Shown: positions 1-9,191, numbered from the stretch's first letter. The stretch: 19,789 nt of DNA from Hormoscilla sp. (GCA_051439505.1 JBFRWI010000181.1:1-19789), one strand, 5' to 3'. Notes: a model not told the origin generated them from the sequence alone. Translations and numbers: made by a program.

Positions 1-2
1 CT

Positions 3-350
3 CCCTTCAGTCTGGATATTGACGGCAATGGGGCGATCGATGGCTTGACCGATGGTTTTCTCTTGCTGCGTTATGAGTTTGGGTTCCGAGGAAATGCCCT
101 GATTGATGGGGCGATCGGGTTCGGGGCCCTGCGGCCAAATGCAGCATCCATTGAAGAGTACCTGGAAGAGGCGGGCCCACAGTTGGATTTAGATGGTAAC
201 GGCTCAGTTGATGCTCTCCGGGACGGTATAATGGCCTTACGTTTTATGTTCGGCTTTACAGGCAATGAATTAGTCAACGGCCTGCTGGGCAGTGATGCGA
301 CTCGTGATGCGAGCCAGATTGAAGCCTTATTGCAATCCTATAGCATTTAA
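3..350 (+). CDS. 3' end of a larger gene (5' truncated by the window): C-terminal tandem dockerin/EF-hand-like Ca-binding repeats of a probable secreted or surface protein
   Basis: The frame is open from position 3 (PFSLDIDGNGAIDGLTDGFLLLRYEFGFRG...). It has two copies of the motif LDxDGNGxxDxLxDGxxxLRxxFGFxGxxL, which I recognise from the C-termini of large extracellular proteins. Stop TAA at 348-350. The TTG at 45 is internal, not a true start. Confidence 0.8.
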   Translation, partial: PFSLDIDGNGAIDGLTDGFLLLRYEFGFRGNALIDGAIGFGALRPNAASIEEYLEEAGPQLDLDGNGSVDALRDGIMALRFMFGFTGNELVNGLLGSDATRDASQIEALLQSYSI

Positions 351-379
351 TCGCTAATGGCTAATGGTTGATAATCAAT

Positions 380-410
380 GGGTGTGGTTTGGGCGCGCTA
401 AACCACACCC
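380..410 (+). terminator. Stem-loop downstream of the first gene (possible terminator or 3' stabiliser)
   Basis: GGGTGTGGTTT (380-390) is the perfect reverse complement of AAACCACACCC (400-410), 30 nt after the stop codon. There is no U-tract. Confidence 0.45.
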
Positions 411-483
411 GCAAAGCCGGCAGGTTGTGTGACGGGAAAAGAGGGGCATCCCACGATCGGGCAAAAAAAATTTATCATCAGCC

Positions 484-512
484 TTGACAAATTCCGAAAA
501 TTTAGTTATATT
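484..512 (+). promoter_or_regulatory. Sigma70-type promoter
   Basis: Perfect -35 TTGACA (484-489), 17-nt spacer, -10 TATATT (507-512), with an AT-rich upstream tract. Predicted start near 519. Confidence 0.65.
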
Positions 513-518
513 TAATTC

Positions 519-729
519 ATAATGAAGGTTGATAGGGGCTTTGAACACCGGCGTAACACAAGCCCAAGCGAAACCAGGGATGCCCGGCCCGGACTGCGCA
601 AAAAGCATTTGGGTCAAACAAAGGAAATAGGCGCAGATGAAGCGTAACTCCGGGCCAGGTAAATCCTTTAATCGCTCACGCAAGACTCCACAAGGAGAAC
701 CCTGTGGCAGGGTTCTCCTGCGCATTTTT
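519..729 (+). ncRNA. Candidate structured non-coding RNA (~210 nt), family not recognised
   Basis: Bounded by a consensus promoter and a 12-bp terminator hairpin, with no convincing gene between them. Nested helices: 567-571/672-676, 576-581/663-668, 586-593/649-656, 594-599/631-636, plus a 5' hairpin 536-541/560-565. Confidence 0.5.
693..729. terminator. Intrinsic terminator hairpin, possibly bidirectional
   Basis: AGGAGAACCCTG (693-704), TGG loop, CAGGGTTCTCCT (708-719), then TTTTT at 725-729. It also lies just past the stop of the convergent FHA gene at 746. Confidence 0.7.
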
Positions 730-745
730 AAGTAACACTGTATGG

Positions 746-1156
746 TTAGACTTCTACCATGGCCTCCGTCATCATGTCAGGATTGATTAAGGTAATGTCA
801 AACTTGTCGATCGCCTCACTTACGATCGTATAGGTGATAAACACCTGGGGACCGAAGACAATTTTATCATTGTCTTGGAGAATATGAGTTTGCCGTTTAC
901 GACCGTTAATCATCATTCCATTGGCACTGGGTTTACCATTGTTACCATCGGTAATCCGATAATAGTAAGTACCATCAGTACGTTCGTGCCGTTCTAAGGT
1001 CGCATGTCGGCGGGAGACAAACTTTGATAGCAGTCGGATATCGCAGTTGGAGTCTCTGCCGATCGAGTATAGGTCCAGGTCTTTCAATATATATTCGTTG
1101 CTGCCCTGGTCATCGTGAACAATCAGGAGATGGGTTTGGTGCTGTATTTGTGGCAT
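746..1156 (-). CDS. Stand-alone FHA domain protein (phosphothreonine-binding)
   Basis: FHA signature residues: SIGRDSNCDIRL...VSRRHA...SANGMMING...DKIVFG. The ATG at 1156 (MPQIQHQTHLLIV) is preferred over the 1264 start because the extra 36 aa lie outside the domain and look non-conserved. Confidence 0.9.
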   Translation of the reverse strand: MPQIQHQTHLLIVHDDQGSNEYILKDLDLYSIGRDSNCDIRLLSKFVSRRHATLERHERTDGTYYYRITDGNNGKPSANGMMINGRKRQTHILQDNDKIVFGPQVFITYTIVSEAIDKFDITLINPDMMTEAMVEV

Positions 1157-1566
1157 GTTACAATCATCTTGGGTTTGATGGGTCTTTGTTGCTAATCGCC
1201 CTTGCCGAGATTCTCTCTTGGCAATTGCTCGACCCGTGGCTTTCGATTTTCTTGTTACATGCACCCTATTTCTACATTATCATATTTACCACTCGTCTCC
1301 TCTGTAAAAGCACTGATTTTAGGTCACAAACAGGGCCATCCTCTTGATTCCCACATCGGCGACAATCTCTGATAAGTCGCCAGTGCATATTAAGGCCCCA
1401 TGGATAACCGGTTAATCGGAGATGTTTTGTAAAGTATTGTTAAAGCTAGTGCTTTCGGGCGAGAAATAAGTTATAAAAATAAATGTGAGAGCAGTAAATT
1501 GAGTGGTAGCAAGAGCGATCGCCCTTAAAGCAATGGGAAAATAACAAGCAAGCAGGAAGGTCATCG

Positions 1567-4500
1567 ATGGCAAAACATGGCAAAAGACAAAAGCAGAAGG
1601 TGGGCAGAAAAGCAAAGCAGGTTAACTCCGCTGCCGGATATGCTCAATTGATTTCTCAAGCAGCGGTCTGTTACCAAAAAGGACAGGTAAGGGAAGCTCA
1701 AGAAATATGCTTTTCTATTCTCCAACAAGACAAAAACCATGCTGAGGCGCTGCACCTCCTGGGGGCGATCGCCTATTTTCAGGGTCAGTTCGACCGGGCG
1801 ATCGGGCTATACGAACAGTCCCTAGCCTCAAATTCCCAAAATCATGAAGTCCATAATAACATAGCTGTAGCCCTAGTAGAAACAGGCAAGCTGGATGAGG
1901 CGATCGCTCATTACCGCCAGGGGACAAATATTAACCCTAACTATGCGGAATGCTATAGTAACTTGGGGAATGCCTTGCGGATCCAAGGAAAGCTGGATGA
2001 GGCGATCGCCTGCCAGCAACGGGCCCTAGAACTGCGCCCGCATTACCCGGAAGGTCATAATAACCTGGGCAGCGCCTACAAGCAACAGGGTGATATCGAT
2101 CGGGCAGTGGCCTGTTACCAGCAAGCGGTGACTCTACGCCCTAACTATGCTGAAGCTCATCATAACCTGGGCACGGCTCTGGGAAAACAGGGAAAATATG
2201 ACCGGGCGATCGAACATTTTCAACAGGCGATCGCCTGCAAGCCTAATTATACTGAAGCTTATGGCAATTTGGGTACGGCTAAGCAAAGGCAGGGAAAATA
2301 TTCAGAAGCGCTAGAATACTATGCTAGGGCGATCGCCCTAGCCCCCCATAATGCTGAGGTTCATAATAATATGGCTAATGCCTTGGGGCGACTGGAAAAG
2401 CTTGACGAAGCGATCGCCCATTTTCGCCAAGCAGTACAGATCGAACCCACTGAAGCGGAATATAATTTTAACCTAGGGGCTGCCCTCCAGGAACAGAAAA
2501 ATTTCCCCGAGGCCACGAGGTACTACCAGCAGGCGATCGCCCTGAAGTCGGACTACGGCCAAGCTTATAATAATCTGGGGACAGTATTGCAAGACCAGGG
2601 GCGACTGACAGAGGCGATCGACTATTATCACCAGACTCTTAAGGTAGAACCGGGCTTTGCAGAAGCTTATAATAATCTGGGCAGCGCCTATCAGGAACGG
2701 GGTAATGTTATAGAGGCGATCGCCAGTTATCGGGAGGCGATCGCCCTGCGGCCCAACTATGGAGAGGCGCACAAAAACCTGGGCATGGTACTGCTACTTT
2801 CGGGAGACTTGCAACAGGGGTGGGCGGAGTATGAATGGCGCTGGCAATGCCCGGACTTCCAAAAAGAACATCAAACTGCTACTTACAACCGCCCCCGTTG
2901 GGATGGTTCCGACCTGCAAGGACGTACTATTCTCCTGGATGCGGAACAGGGTTTTGGCGATATGATTCAGTTTATTCGTTATGCTAAACTGGTCCGGCAA
3001 CTGGGCGGTCGGATCCTGTTTACCTGTCCCGAACTTTTGGTGCGATTATTTCGGTCTATTCCCGATATCGCACAGTTGCTAATTACCCGGGACGAACTGC
3101 CCGATTTTGATGTCTGGGCCCCCCTGATGAGTTTACCCTATATTCTGGGGACTACCGCTGAAACTATTCCGGCCCCAGTTCCTTATTTGTATCCTGGAGA
3201 GGAAACACTAAAGTGTTTACTACGAACGGAAGCGGAAACACTAAAGTGTTTACTACGAACGGATCGAGTTAAGGTGGGTATTGTTTGGAGTTCTAAACTC
3301 AATCATCCTACCGGACGCAGGCGTTCCTGTTCCTTGACTGATTTCCTGCCCCTATTAGAAATTCCCGAGATTACTTTCTTCAGTCTCCAAAAGGGTCCCC
3401 AAGTGCAAGCCCTATCTCAAGGAGAATATAATATTGTTAATCTGGATGAATTCCTCTATGATTTTGCCGATACCGCTGCTGTTATCCAACATTTGGATTT
3501 GGTGATTACTGTCGATACCGCTGTGGCCCATCTGGCCGGGGCCTTGGGAAAACCGGTCTGGACTCTCTTGCCTTTTGCCCCTGACTGGCGCTGGTTACGC
3601 GATCGCCCAGATACTCCTTGGTATCCGACTATGCGCCTTTTCCGTCAGTCCCAAATTGGTGATTGGTCTGGGGTATTTGTCGAGGTAAAAACAGCTTTAG
3701 AATCCTTCATTTCTCAGTTCTCTCCCTCTGAGTCGGCACCCCGTTCCTCAATACCCTTGACTCAGAAAGAAATCTACGATCTCAATGCGGAATTGCGGAT
3801 CGCCCTCGCCCATCACCAAGCAGGAAAGTTACAGGATGCTGAAATAATTTACTCCAGCATTCTTCAGCAAGAACCGGATAATGCTGATGCTATTCAACTC
3901 CTGGGCGCGATCGCCCATCAACGAGATAAACTTGAAGAGGCAGTTGACCTCTATAACCAAGCTTTACAGCTGCGTCCTGACTATCCAGAGGCCCATAATA
4001 ATCTGGCCCTGACTTTGCAAAAACAGGGTAAGATAACTGAGGCGATCGGCCATTATCAACGGGCGATCGCCCTCAAACCCGACTATGCTGAATATTTCTG
4101 CAACCTGGGCACCGCTTTCCAAACTCAGGACCGGATAACTGAGGCGATCGCCTGCTACGATCAAGCTTTAAAGTTGAATAGCACGGACCATAAAGTTTAT
4201 AATAACATCGCTGCCGCCAAGCAAGCTTTGGGCTATATTGAAGAGGCGATCGGCTATTTCCGACAGGCCCTGGCCATCAAAGCAGATTATGCGGAGGCCC
4301 ACAAGAACCTGGGCATGGCATTGCTATTATCGGGAGATTTACAGCAGGGTTTTGCCGAGTATGAATGGCGCTGGCAATGTCCGGAGTTTGCTTCTAAGTA
4401 CCGGGATGACCAGAGTTCCTCACATTTTTGGGATGGTTCGGACCTCCAAGGACGGACAATTTTGCTGGAATGCGAACAAGGTTATGGTGACGCCATTCAA

Positions 4501-7500
4501 TTTATTCGCTACGTCCCCCTAGTTCAGGCCCGGGGCGGCAATGTGATTGTTAAATGCCGTCAACCCTTGGTCAAATTATTTCAAACCTTGCCCGGTATTG
4601 GCCTAGTTGTCGAGCAAAAATCGCCAGTACCTGCTTTTGACCTGCATCTGCCTTTAATGAGTTTACCCTATATTCTAGGCACTACTCTCGAAACTGTTCC
4701 CGCCCAAGTTCCTTATTTATATGCAAGGGAAGGGGAGGAAGCACTAAAGTGCTTACTACAAACAGAAGATAAGTTTAAAGTGGGTATTGCTTGGGCCGGA
4801 TCTTGCGGGAATAATAAAAATCATCTTCGTTCTATTTCTCTAGCACAATTGCTGCCCATTCTGGAACTGGAAAACATCCAATTTTACAGTCTGCAAAAAG
4901 ATGACGCCGTCCAAGAACTCGCTACTGTCGGAAGTAATATTATTTCTCTGGACCCACAGATAAATGATTTTGCCGATACTGCTGCTATTATTCAACAATT
5001 GGATTTGGTGATTACTGTAGATACTGCTGTTGCCCATCTCGCTGGTGCCCTCGCTAAACCCGTCTGGGTTCTCCTACCTTTTGTCCCTGACTGGCGCTGG
5101 TTGCTGGAACGCCCTGACTCCCCCTGGTATCCTACTATGGGCCTGTTCCGTCAACCTAAGTTGGGAGATTGGCAAAGTGTGGTTTCCCAAGTAAGATCGG
5201 CTTTACAATCGTTTACACATGGCTTGACAAATGACAGCATTACCAGTATGCTGGATAAAGCAGTGGCCCATCATCAAGAAGGCAGGTTGTCAGCAGCAGA
5301 AAATATCTATCGCCAAGTTCTCCAGCATGTTCCAGATCATGCTGATGCTATTCACTTACTGGGAGAAATTGCCTATCAACGGGGAGATCTGGAACGGGCG
5401 ATCGCCCATTACCAGCATTCCTTGAACATCAATCCCGAAAATGCCGATGCCTTAAATAATTTGGCCGCAACTCTCCAACAGCAGGGAAAACTGGATGAGG
5501 CGATCGCCCGATATCGCCAGGCCCTATCCCTCAAACCCCATAGTCCCAAAATTCTCTGCAACATCGGTGCTACTCTCATAGAAAGGGGCCAGGTAGATGA
5601 GGCGATCGGGCATTTGCGGCAAGTGTTAGAACTGGATCCAAATTACGCCCACGGTCATTATAATCTCGCCATGGCCTTACTGCTATCTGGAGACCTGCAA
5701 CAGGGTTTTGTCGAGTATGAATGGCGTTGGCAATGTCCGGAAATTGCTAAACAAACTCCCTCTCACTCTTTATCCGTACCCCTTTGGGATGGAACGCCAT
5801 TTCCAGGACGGACGATTTTACTTTATGAAGAACAGGGTTTGGGGGACTCCATTCAGTTTATTCGCTACGTACCCCTGGTCAAGCAGTTGGGTTCTAATTC
5901 TAATTCTAATTCTAATTCTAATTCTAATGTAAAAGTGATTGTTGCTTGCCCTCAAGCATTAAAGCGGTTATTCTCTACTATAACAGAAATCGATCTGTTA
6001 ATTACCGATGGCGAGGCGTTACCGGAATTTCACCTCCGGGCCCCCCTCATGAGTTTGCCCCGTTTGCTGGGTACTACTTTAGAAAATATTCCGGCCCGAG
6101 TTCCTTATTTAAGAAACCGGGTTTCTGGGCCGAAGGAGAGGGTTTCTGGGCCGACCAAGGAATTGCAGGTGGGTATTGTTTGGGCCTCGAAACCAAACCA
6201 TCCTACCTCTGGCAAGCGTTCCTGCGATCTAAATCACTTTTTGCAACTGCTTTCTCTCCCCAACATTACTCTCTATAGTCTGCAAAAGGATTTTCCTCAA
6301 CCCCGGGAACGGCAAGACAACGCTAGCGCAAATATTATTTTCCTCGGCGATCGCTTGGGTGATTTTGCCGATACGGCTGCTATAATCGCAGAATTAGATT
6401 TGGTAATTACAGTGGATACCTCTGTGGCCCATCTCGCAGGGGCCTTGGGAAAACCTGTCTGGGTTCTCCTGCCTTTTGCCCCTAACTGGCGCTGGTTGCG
6501 ATCGCGATCGGACAGTCCCTGGTATCCTACCATGCGTCTGTTCCGGCAATCACAGTTGGGAGATTGGTCGGGGGTATTTGTCCGAGTTCACCAGGCATTA
6601 CAGGAGTTAATATCAGTTCTAACTCAAGATTCTCACAACACCGCATCTCTGAGTGACAACCAAAATCATGGGGCATTACTAAATACTGCAGTCGCCTATC
6701 ATCAAAGTGGCAGGTTACAACCAGCGGCAGAACTTTATTGGCAAATTCTCCAGTCAAACCCAGATGCAGATACCCGCAGTAGTACTTTGTATCTTTTGGG
6801 GACCGTCGGCCATCAAGGGGGTAAACTAGATGTGGCCATCTCCTATTATCAGCAATCTCTGGCATTACGCGAGGATAAAGCCGAAGTTCATAATAATCTC
6901 GCCATCGCCCTCCAGCAGCGGGGCAAGGTGTATGAGGCGATCGGCCATTATCAGCGGGCCATCACTATCCAACCCCACTATCCCGAAGTTCACAGCAACT
7001 TGGGCAATGCTTGGCGAGATCTGGGGAAAATTAACGAGGCGATCGACCATTATCAGGCGGCAATTTCTCTGCGTCCCGACTACCCGGAAGCATACTGCAA
7101 TCTCGCCGATACCCTGAAAAAACAGGGGAATTTAGATGGGGCAATTTCGGCCTATCAACAGGCATTGACCCTCAAACCGGACTGGGGAGAAATGCATAAG
7201 AATTTGGGTCGGGCCCTGACCGAAAAGGAAGATTTTGCTGCTGCAATTGAACATTACCAACGGGCGATCGCCCTGGGCCCGGATGATGCCGAAGGTTATA
7301 ATAACCTGGGGGCAGCATACTACCAACAGGGACATGTTCCTGAGGCCATCGACTCTTATCGAAAGGCGATCGCCTTACACCCGAACTACGCCTACGCCCA
7401 CAAGAACCTGGGGATCGCCCTGCTGCGATCGGGAGACCTGAAGCAAGGTTTTGCCGAGTACGAATGGCGTTGGCAATGTCCGGACTTTCCAGGAGAAAAT

Positions 7501-8403
7501 CCCCTGCCATCGGCATCTAAACCCCGGTGGCAGGGAGAAGACCTGCAAGGAAAAACTATTTTAATCTATTGCGAACAGGGTTTAGGAGATTCAATTCAAT
7601 TTATTCGCTACGTACCGTTACTACTAGAACTGGGCGGTAAGGCGATCGTCGGTTGCCACCGGTCCTTAAAGCAATTATTCGGTACCGTTGCCGCGATCGA
7701 TCGGGTGGTAACGACGGGAGATCCGAGTCCCGAATTTGACTGCTACGTCCCCTTAATGAGTTTACCCCATCTGCTAGGCACTACTCTGGAAACAATTCCC
7801 GATCGAGTACCTTACCTTTATCCCCGGACGGGCCAGACCGCGATCGGGGATACTGGACGGAATAAAATTAAAGTGGGTATTGCTTGGGCGACACAGTTAA
7901 ATCATCCTACCGGACGCAAGCGGTCCTGTTCCCTGAAAGATTTCCTGGAAATGCTAGACTTGCCTGAGGTGGAAATCTATAATCTCCAGAAGGAAGTGCC
8001 AGAACCGGAAAGGCAAACATCGATCGACAGCAAGATCCTGTTTATGGATGAGATGTTAGATGATTTTGCCGATACTGCGGCCCTAATAGACCAATTGGAT
8101 TTAATAATTACAGTGGATACTAGCATCGCCCATCTGGCAGGGGCCCTAGGGAAACCGGTTTGGGTGTTGTTGCCCTTTGTCTCTGACTGGCGCTGGATGT
8201 TCGATCGTACTGATAGTCCCTGGTATCCTACCATGCAATTATTCCGCCAACGGCGATCGGGTGACTGGTCGGATGTATTTCTGGCAGTCCAAAGGGCCCT
8301 ACAGTCTTTCTTGGCAGGTGATGAATCTTTAGAGGACGATCGCCCCTTGACTATTACCAACGATATGGTCTATCCTATAGTTAGCAGTCCATACCATCTG
8401 TAA
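1567..8403 (+). CDS. Giant modular TPR/glycosyltransferase, 2278 aa: four tandem [TPR array + GT-B (GT9-like) domain] modules
   Basis: 34-aa TPR units (AEAxxNLGxxLxxxGxxxEAIAxYxxAIAL). Four copies of the GT domain motifs YEWRW, EQGxGDxIQFIRY (near 2944, 4474, 5830, 7573), DFADTAAxIxxLDLVITVDTxVAHLAGALGKP and WRW...PWYPTMxLFRQ...GDW. Confidence 0.93.
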   Translation: MAKHGKRQKQKVGRKAKQVNSAAGYAQLISQAAVCYQKGQVREAQEICFSILQQDKNHAEALHLLGAIAYFQGQFDRAIGLYEQSLASNSQNHEVHNNIAVALVETGKLDEAIAHYRQGTNINPNYAECYSNLGNALRIQGKLDEAIACQQRALELRPHYPEGHNNLGSAYKQQGDIDRAVACYQQAVTLRPNYAEAHHNLGTALGKQGKYDRAIEHFQQAIACKPNYTEAYGNLGTAKQRQGKYSEALEYYARAIALAPHNAEVHNNMANALGRLEKLDEAIAHFRQAVQIEPTEAEYNFNLGAALQEQKNFPEATRYYQQAIALKSDYGQAYNNLGTVLQDQGRLTEAIDYYHQTLKVEPGFAEAYNNLGSAYQERGNVIEAIASYREAIALRPNYGEAHKNLGMVLLLSGDLQQGWAEYEWRWQCPDFQKEHQTATYNRPRWDGSDLQGRTILLDAEQGFGDMIQFIRYAKLVRQLGGRILFTCPELLVRLFRSIPDIAQLLITRDELPDFDVWAPLMSLPYILGTTAETIPAPVPYLYPGEETLKCLLRTEAETLKCLLRTDRVKVGIVWSSKLNHPTGRRRSCSLTDFLPLLEIPEITFFSLQKGPQVQALSQGEYNIVNLDEFLYDFADTAAVIQHLDLVITVDTAVAHLAGALGKPVWTLLPFAPDWRWLRDRPDTPWYPTMRLFRQSQIGDWSGVFVEVKTALESFISQFSPSESAPRSSIPLTQKEIYDLNAELRIALAHHQAGKLQDAEIIYSSILQQEPDNADAIQLLGAIAHQRDKLEEAVDLYNQALQLRPDYPEAHNNLALTLQKQGKITEAIGHYQRAIALKPDYAEYFCNLGTAFQTQDRITEAIACYDQALKLNSTDHKVYNNIAAAKQALGYIEEAIGYFRQALAIKADYAEAHKNLGMALLLSGDLQQGFAEYEWRWQCPEFASKYRDDQSSSHFWDGSDLQGRTILLECEQGYGDAIQFIRYVPLVQARGGNVIVKCRQPLVKLFQTLPGIGLVVEQKSPVPAFDLHLPLMSLPYILGTTLETVPAQVPYLYAREGEEALKCLLQTEDKFKVGIAWAGSCGNNKNHLRSISLAQLLPILELENIQFYSLQKDDAVQELATVGSNIISLDPQINDFADTAAIIQQLDLVITVDTAVAHLAGALAKPVWVLLPFVPDWRWLLERPDSPWYPTMGLFRQPKLGDWQSVVSQVRSALQSFTHGLTNDSITSMLDKAVAHHQEGRLSAAENIYRQVLQHVPDHADAIHLLGEIAYQRGDLERAIAHYQHSLNINPENADALNNLAATLQQQGKLDEAIARYRQALSLKPHSPKILCNIGATLIERGQVDEAIGHLRQVLELDPNYAHGHYNLAMALLLSGDLQQGFVEYEWRWQCPEIAKQTPSHSLSVPLWDGTPFPGRTILLYEEQGLGDSIQFIRYVPLVKQLGSNSNSNSNSNSNVKVIVACPQALKRLFSTITEIDLLITDGEALPEFHLRAPLMSLPRLLGTTLENIPARVPYLRNRVSGPKERVSGPTKELQVGIVWASKPNHPTSGKRSCDLNHFLQLLSLPNITLYSLQKDFPQPRERQDNASANIIFLGDRLGDFADTAAIIAELDLVITVDTSVAHLAGALGKPVWVLLPFAPNWRWLRSRSDSPWYPTMRLFRQSQLGDWSGVFVRVHQALQELISVLTQDSHNTASLSDNQNHGALLNTAVAYHQSGRLQPAAELYWQILQSNPDADTRSSTLYLLGTVGHQGGKLDVAISYYQQSLALREDKAEVHNNLAIALQQRGKVYEAIGHYQRAITIQPHYPEVHSNLGNAWRDLGKINEAIDHYQAAISLRPDYPEAYCNLADTLKKQGNLDGAISAYQQALTLKPDWGEMHKNLGRALTEKEDFAAAIEHYQRAIALGPDDAEGYNNLGAAYYQQGHVPEAIDSYRKAIALHPNYAYAHKNLGIALLRSGDLKQGFAEYEWRWQCPDFPGENPLPSASKPRWQGEDLQGKTILIYCEQGLGDSIQFIRYVPLLLELGGKAIVGCHRSLKQLFGTVAAIDRVVTTGDPSPEFDCYVPLMSLPHLLGTTLETIPDRVPYLYPRTGQTAIGDTGRNKIKVGIAWATQLNHPTGRKRSCSLKDFLEMLDLPEVEIYNLQKEVPEPERQTSIDSKILFMDEMLDDFADTAALIDQLDLIITVDTSIAHLAGALGKPVWVLLPFVSDWRWMFDRTDSPWYPTMQLFRQRRSGDWSDVFLAVQRALQSFLAGDESLEDDRPLTITNDMVYPIVSSPYHL
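3201..3260 (-). repeat. Two tandem copies of a 27-nt REP/SDR-like element, in frame inside the CDS
   Basis: GGAAACACTAAAGTGTTTACTACGAAC at 3201-3227 and 3234-3260 (period 33), encoding ETLKCLLRT twice. Identical to the intergenic copies at 9195-9221 and 9232-9258. Confidence 0.9.
4737..4763 (-). repeat. Variant copy of the 27-nt REP/SDR-like element, in frame
   Basis: GGAAGCACTAAAGTGCTTACTACAAAC, with hairpin AAGCAC-TAAA-GTGCTT. Encodes EALKCLLQT. Confidence 0.85.
5893..5928 (+). repeat. (TCTAAT)6 in-frame microsatellite encoding (SN)6
   Basis: Six perfect hexamers. They are absent from the equivalent loop (xGGxxIxxC) of the other GT modules. Confidence 0.95.
6112..6154. repeat. Palindrome AGAAACC-G-GGTTTCT plus a 15-nt direct repeat, in frame
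   Basis: Palindrome at 6112-6126. GGGTTTCTGGGCCGA occurs at 6119-6133 and 6140-6154 (period 21), encoding RVSGP twice. Confidence 0.75.
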
Positions 8404-8418
8404 ATTGGAGGGGCTAAT

Positions 8419-8645
8419 ATTCCTACATCCGCACAACTATTACAGTGTTACGCTGTTGTTGGGCAACAAAAATGTATATGCCGATCGACATTTTCTGATT
8501 AGACGATCGCACGGGAAATGGATTTTTTCTGGCGGGAGAAGAAAACTCAATTGAGATTTATCCTAATGGTGAAGGTCGGTACGTAAATGAATCAACCCTT
8601 ATTTCAGGCGATGAATCAAAAGGAATTGCAAGCATATATGCTTAG
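8419..8645 (+). pseudogene. Decayed DUF6888-like small gene (usual partner of DUF6887)
   Basis: After GGAGG at 8407-8411 it reads IPTSAQLLQCY, shifts frame near 8452, then CCWATKMYMPIDIF*LDDRTGNGFFLAGEENSIEIYPNGEGRY. There is an in-frame TGA at 8496-8498 and ATT where a start codon is expected. Family recalled from memory. Confidence 0.65.
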
Positions 8646-8829
8646 TCATAGGGATGATGATGAAGCTTTCTATGCCTATGTCGATCGGTTACATGCCGAA
8701 GGGAAGTGGGGGAGTAAATATCCACCTCTAAAGTCCCTTGACGATCTGAAAAATTATCCTGAGTTTCTCGAACAACTATCCCGCGATCCGGGACGCCAAG
8801 TCTCAAATGGCGATCGATCGTCATTTTAA
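8587..8829 (+). CDS. Small DUF6887-like protein (80 aa)
   Basis: FQAMNQKELQAYMLSHRDDDEAFYAYVDRL matches the pattern I recall for this small cyanobacterial family. It overlaps the end of the upstream partner. Confidence 0.75.
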   Translation: MNQPLFQAMNQKELQAYMLSHRDDDEAFYAYVDRLHAEGKWGSKYPPLKSLDDLKNYPEFLEQLSRDPGRQVSNGDRSSF

Positions 8830-8870
8830 TTTTGATCGATCGGGCGATCGGGCAATAGTCCCTGGAACAC

Positions 8871-9191
8871 GGGTGTGGTCAAAAGTAGTCGATCGAGGGA
8901 TCCCCCCCAAACCCCCCCCAACCGATACCAACCGATACGGGGGGGCGAAGACAGCCCCCCTTTTTAAGATACTGTGGGGTAATTAACTGGGGGGTGAAAC
9001 CCACCAATTCTCCCCAACCACCAGAAATCAATGATTTCACTCCTCTCCCCGCGTCCCCGTGTCCCCGCGTCCCCGTGTCCTCACATCCGAGAAATTGGTA
9101 ATTCGCCCACAGCATCTTTTAAGGGGGGTTTGGGGGGAGATCCGGCGACTGGGAGGGCCGAACAAACTGTCAACGGGTTTTGACCACACCC
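8871..9191. mobile_element. MITE-like element (321 bp) with 14-bp perfect terminal inverted repeats and nested inserts
   Basis: GGGTGTGGTCAAAA (8871-8884) and TTTTGACCACACCC (9178-9191). Internal C/G-run palindromes; no transposase. The flanks CTGGAACAC and CTGGGAAACAC resemble a degenerate target duplication. Confidence 0.75.
8968..9116. mobile_element. Inner MITE (149 bp) with imperfect 18-bp TIRs and a TTTTAA direct repeat
   Basis: GATACTGTGGGGTAATTA matches the reverse complement of the right end (GATGCTGTGGGCGAATTA) at 15/18. TTTTAA at 8962-8967 and 9117-9122. Contains four CCCCGYGT octamers from about 9047. Confidence 0.7.

Noticed and set aside
380..410. Hairpin arm GGGTGTGGT shared with the MITE TIR at 8871
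   Set aside because: Only 9 nt match. It could be a collapsed MITE footprint, but this cannot be distinguished from chance here.
375..725. 116-aa minus-strand ORF
   Set aside because: It crosses a terminator hairpin, an AT-rich promoter and another hairpin, and has no recognisable motifs.
1157..1264. N-terminal extension of the FHA ORF
   Set aside because: It lies outside the domain and looks non-conserved; ATG 1156 fits better. Not formally excluded.
1567..8403. O-GlcNAc transferase (GT41/SPINDLY) assignment
   Set aside because: The catalytic domains show the EQGxGD and DTAVAHLAGA motifs rather than the GT41 GYxSxDF..H and QxxWxGY motifs.
8879..9115. 78-aa ORF as a possible transposase
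   Set aside because: It is a translation of repeat DNA inside the nested MITE, with no DDE or HUH motif.
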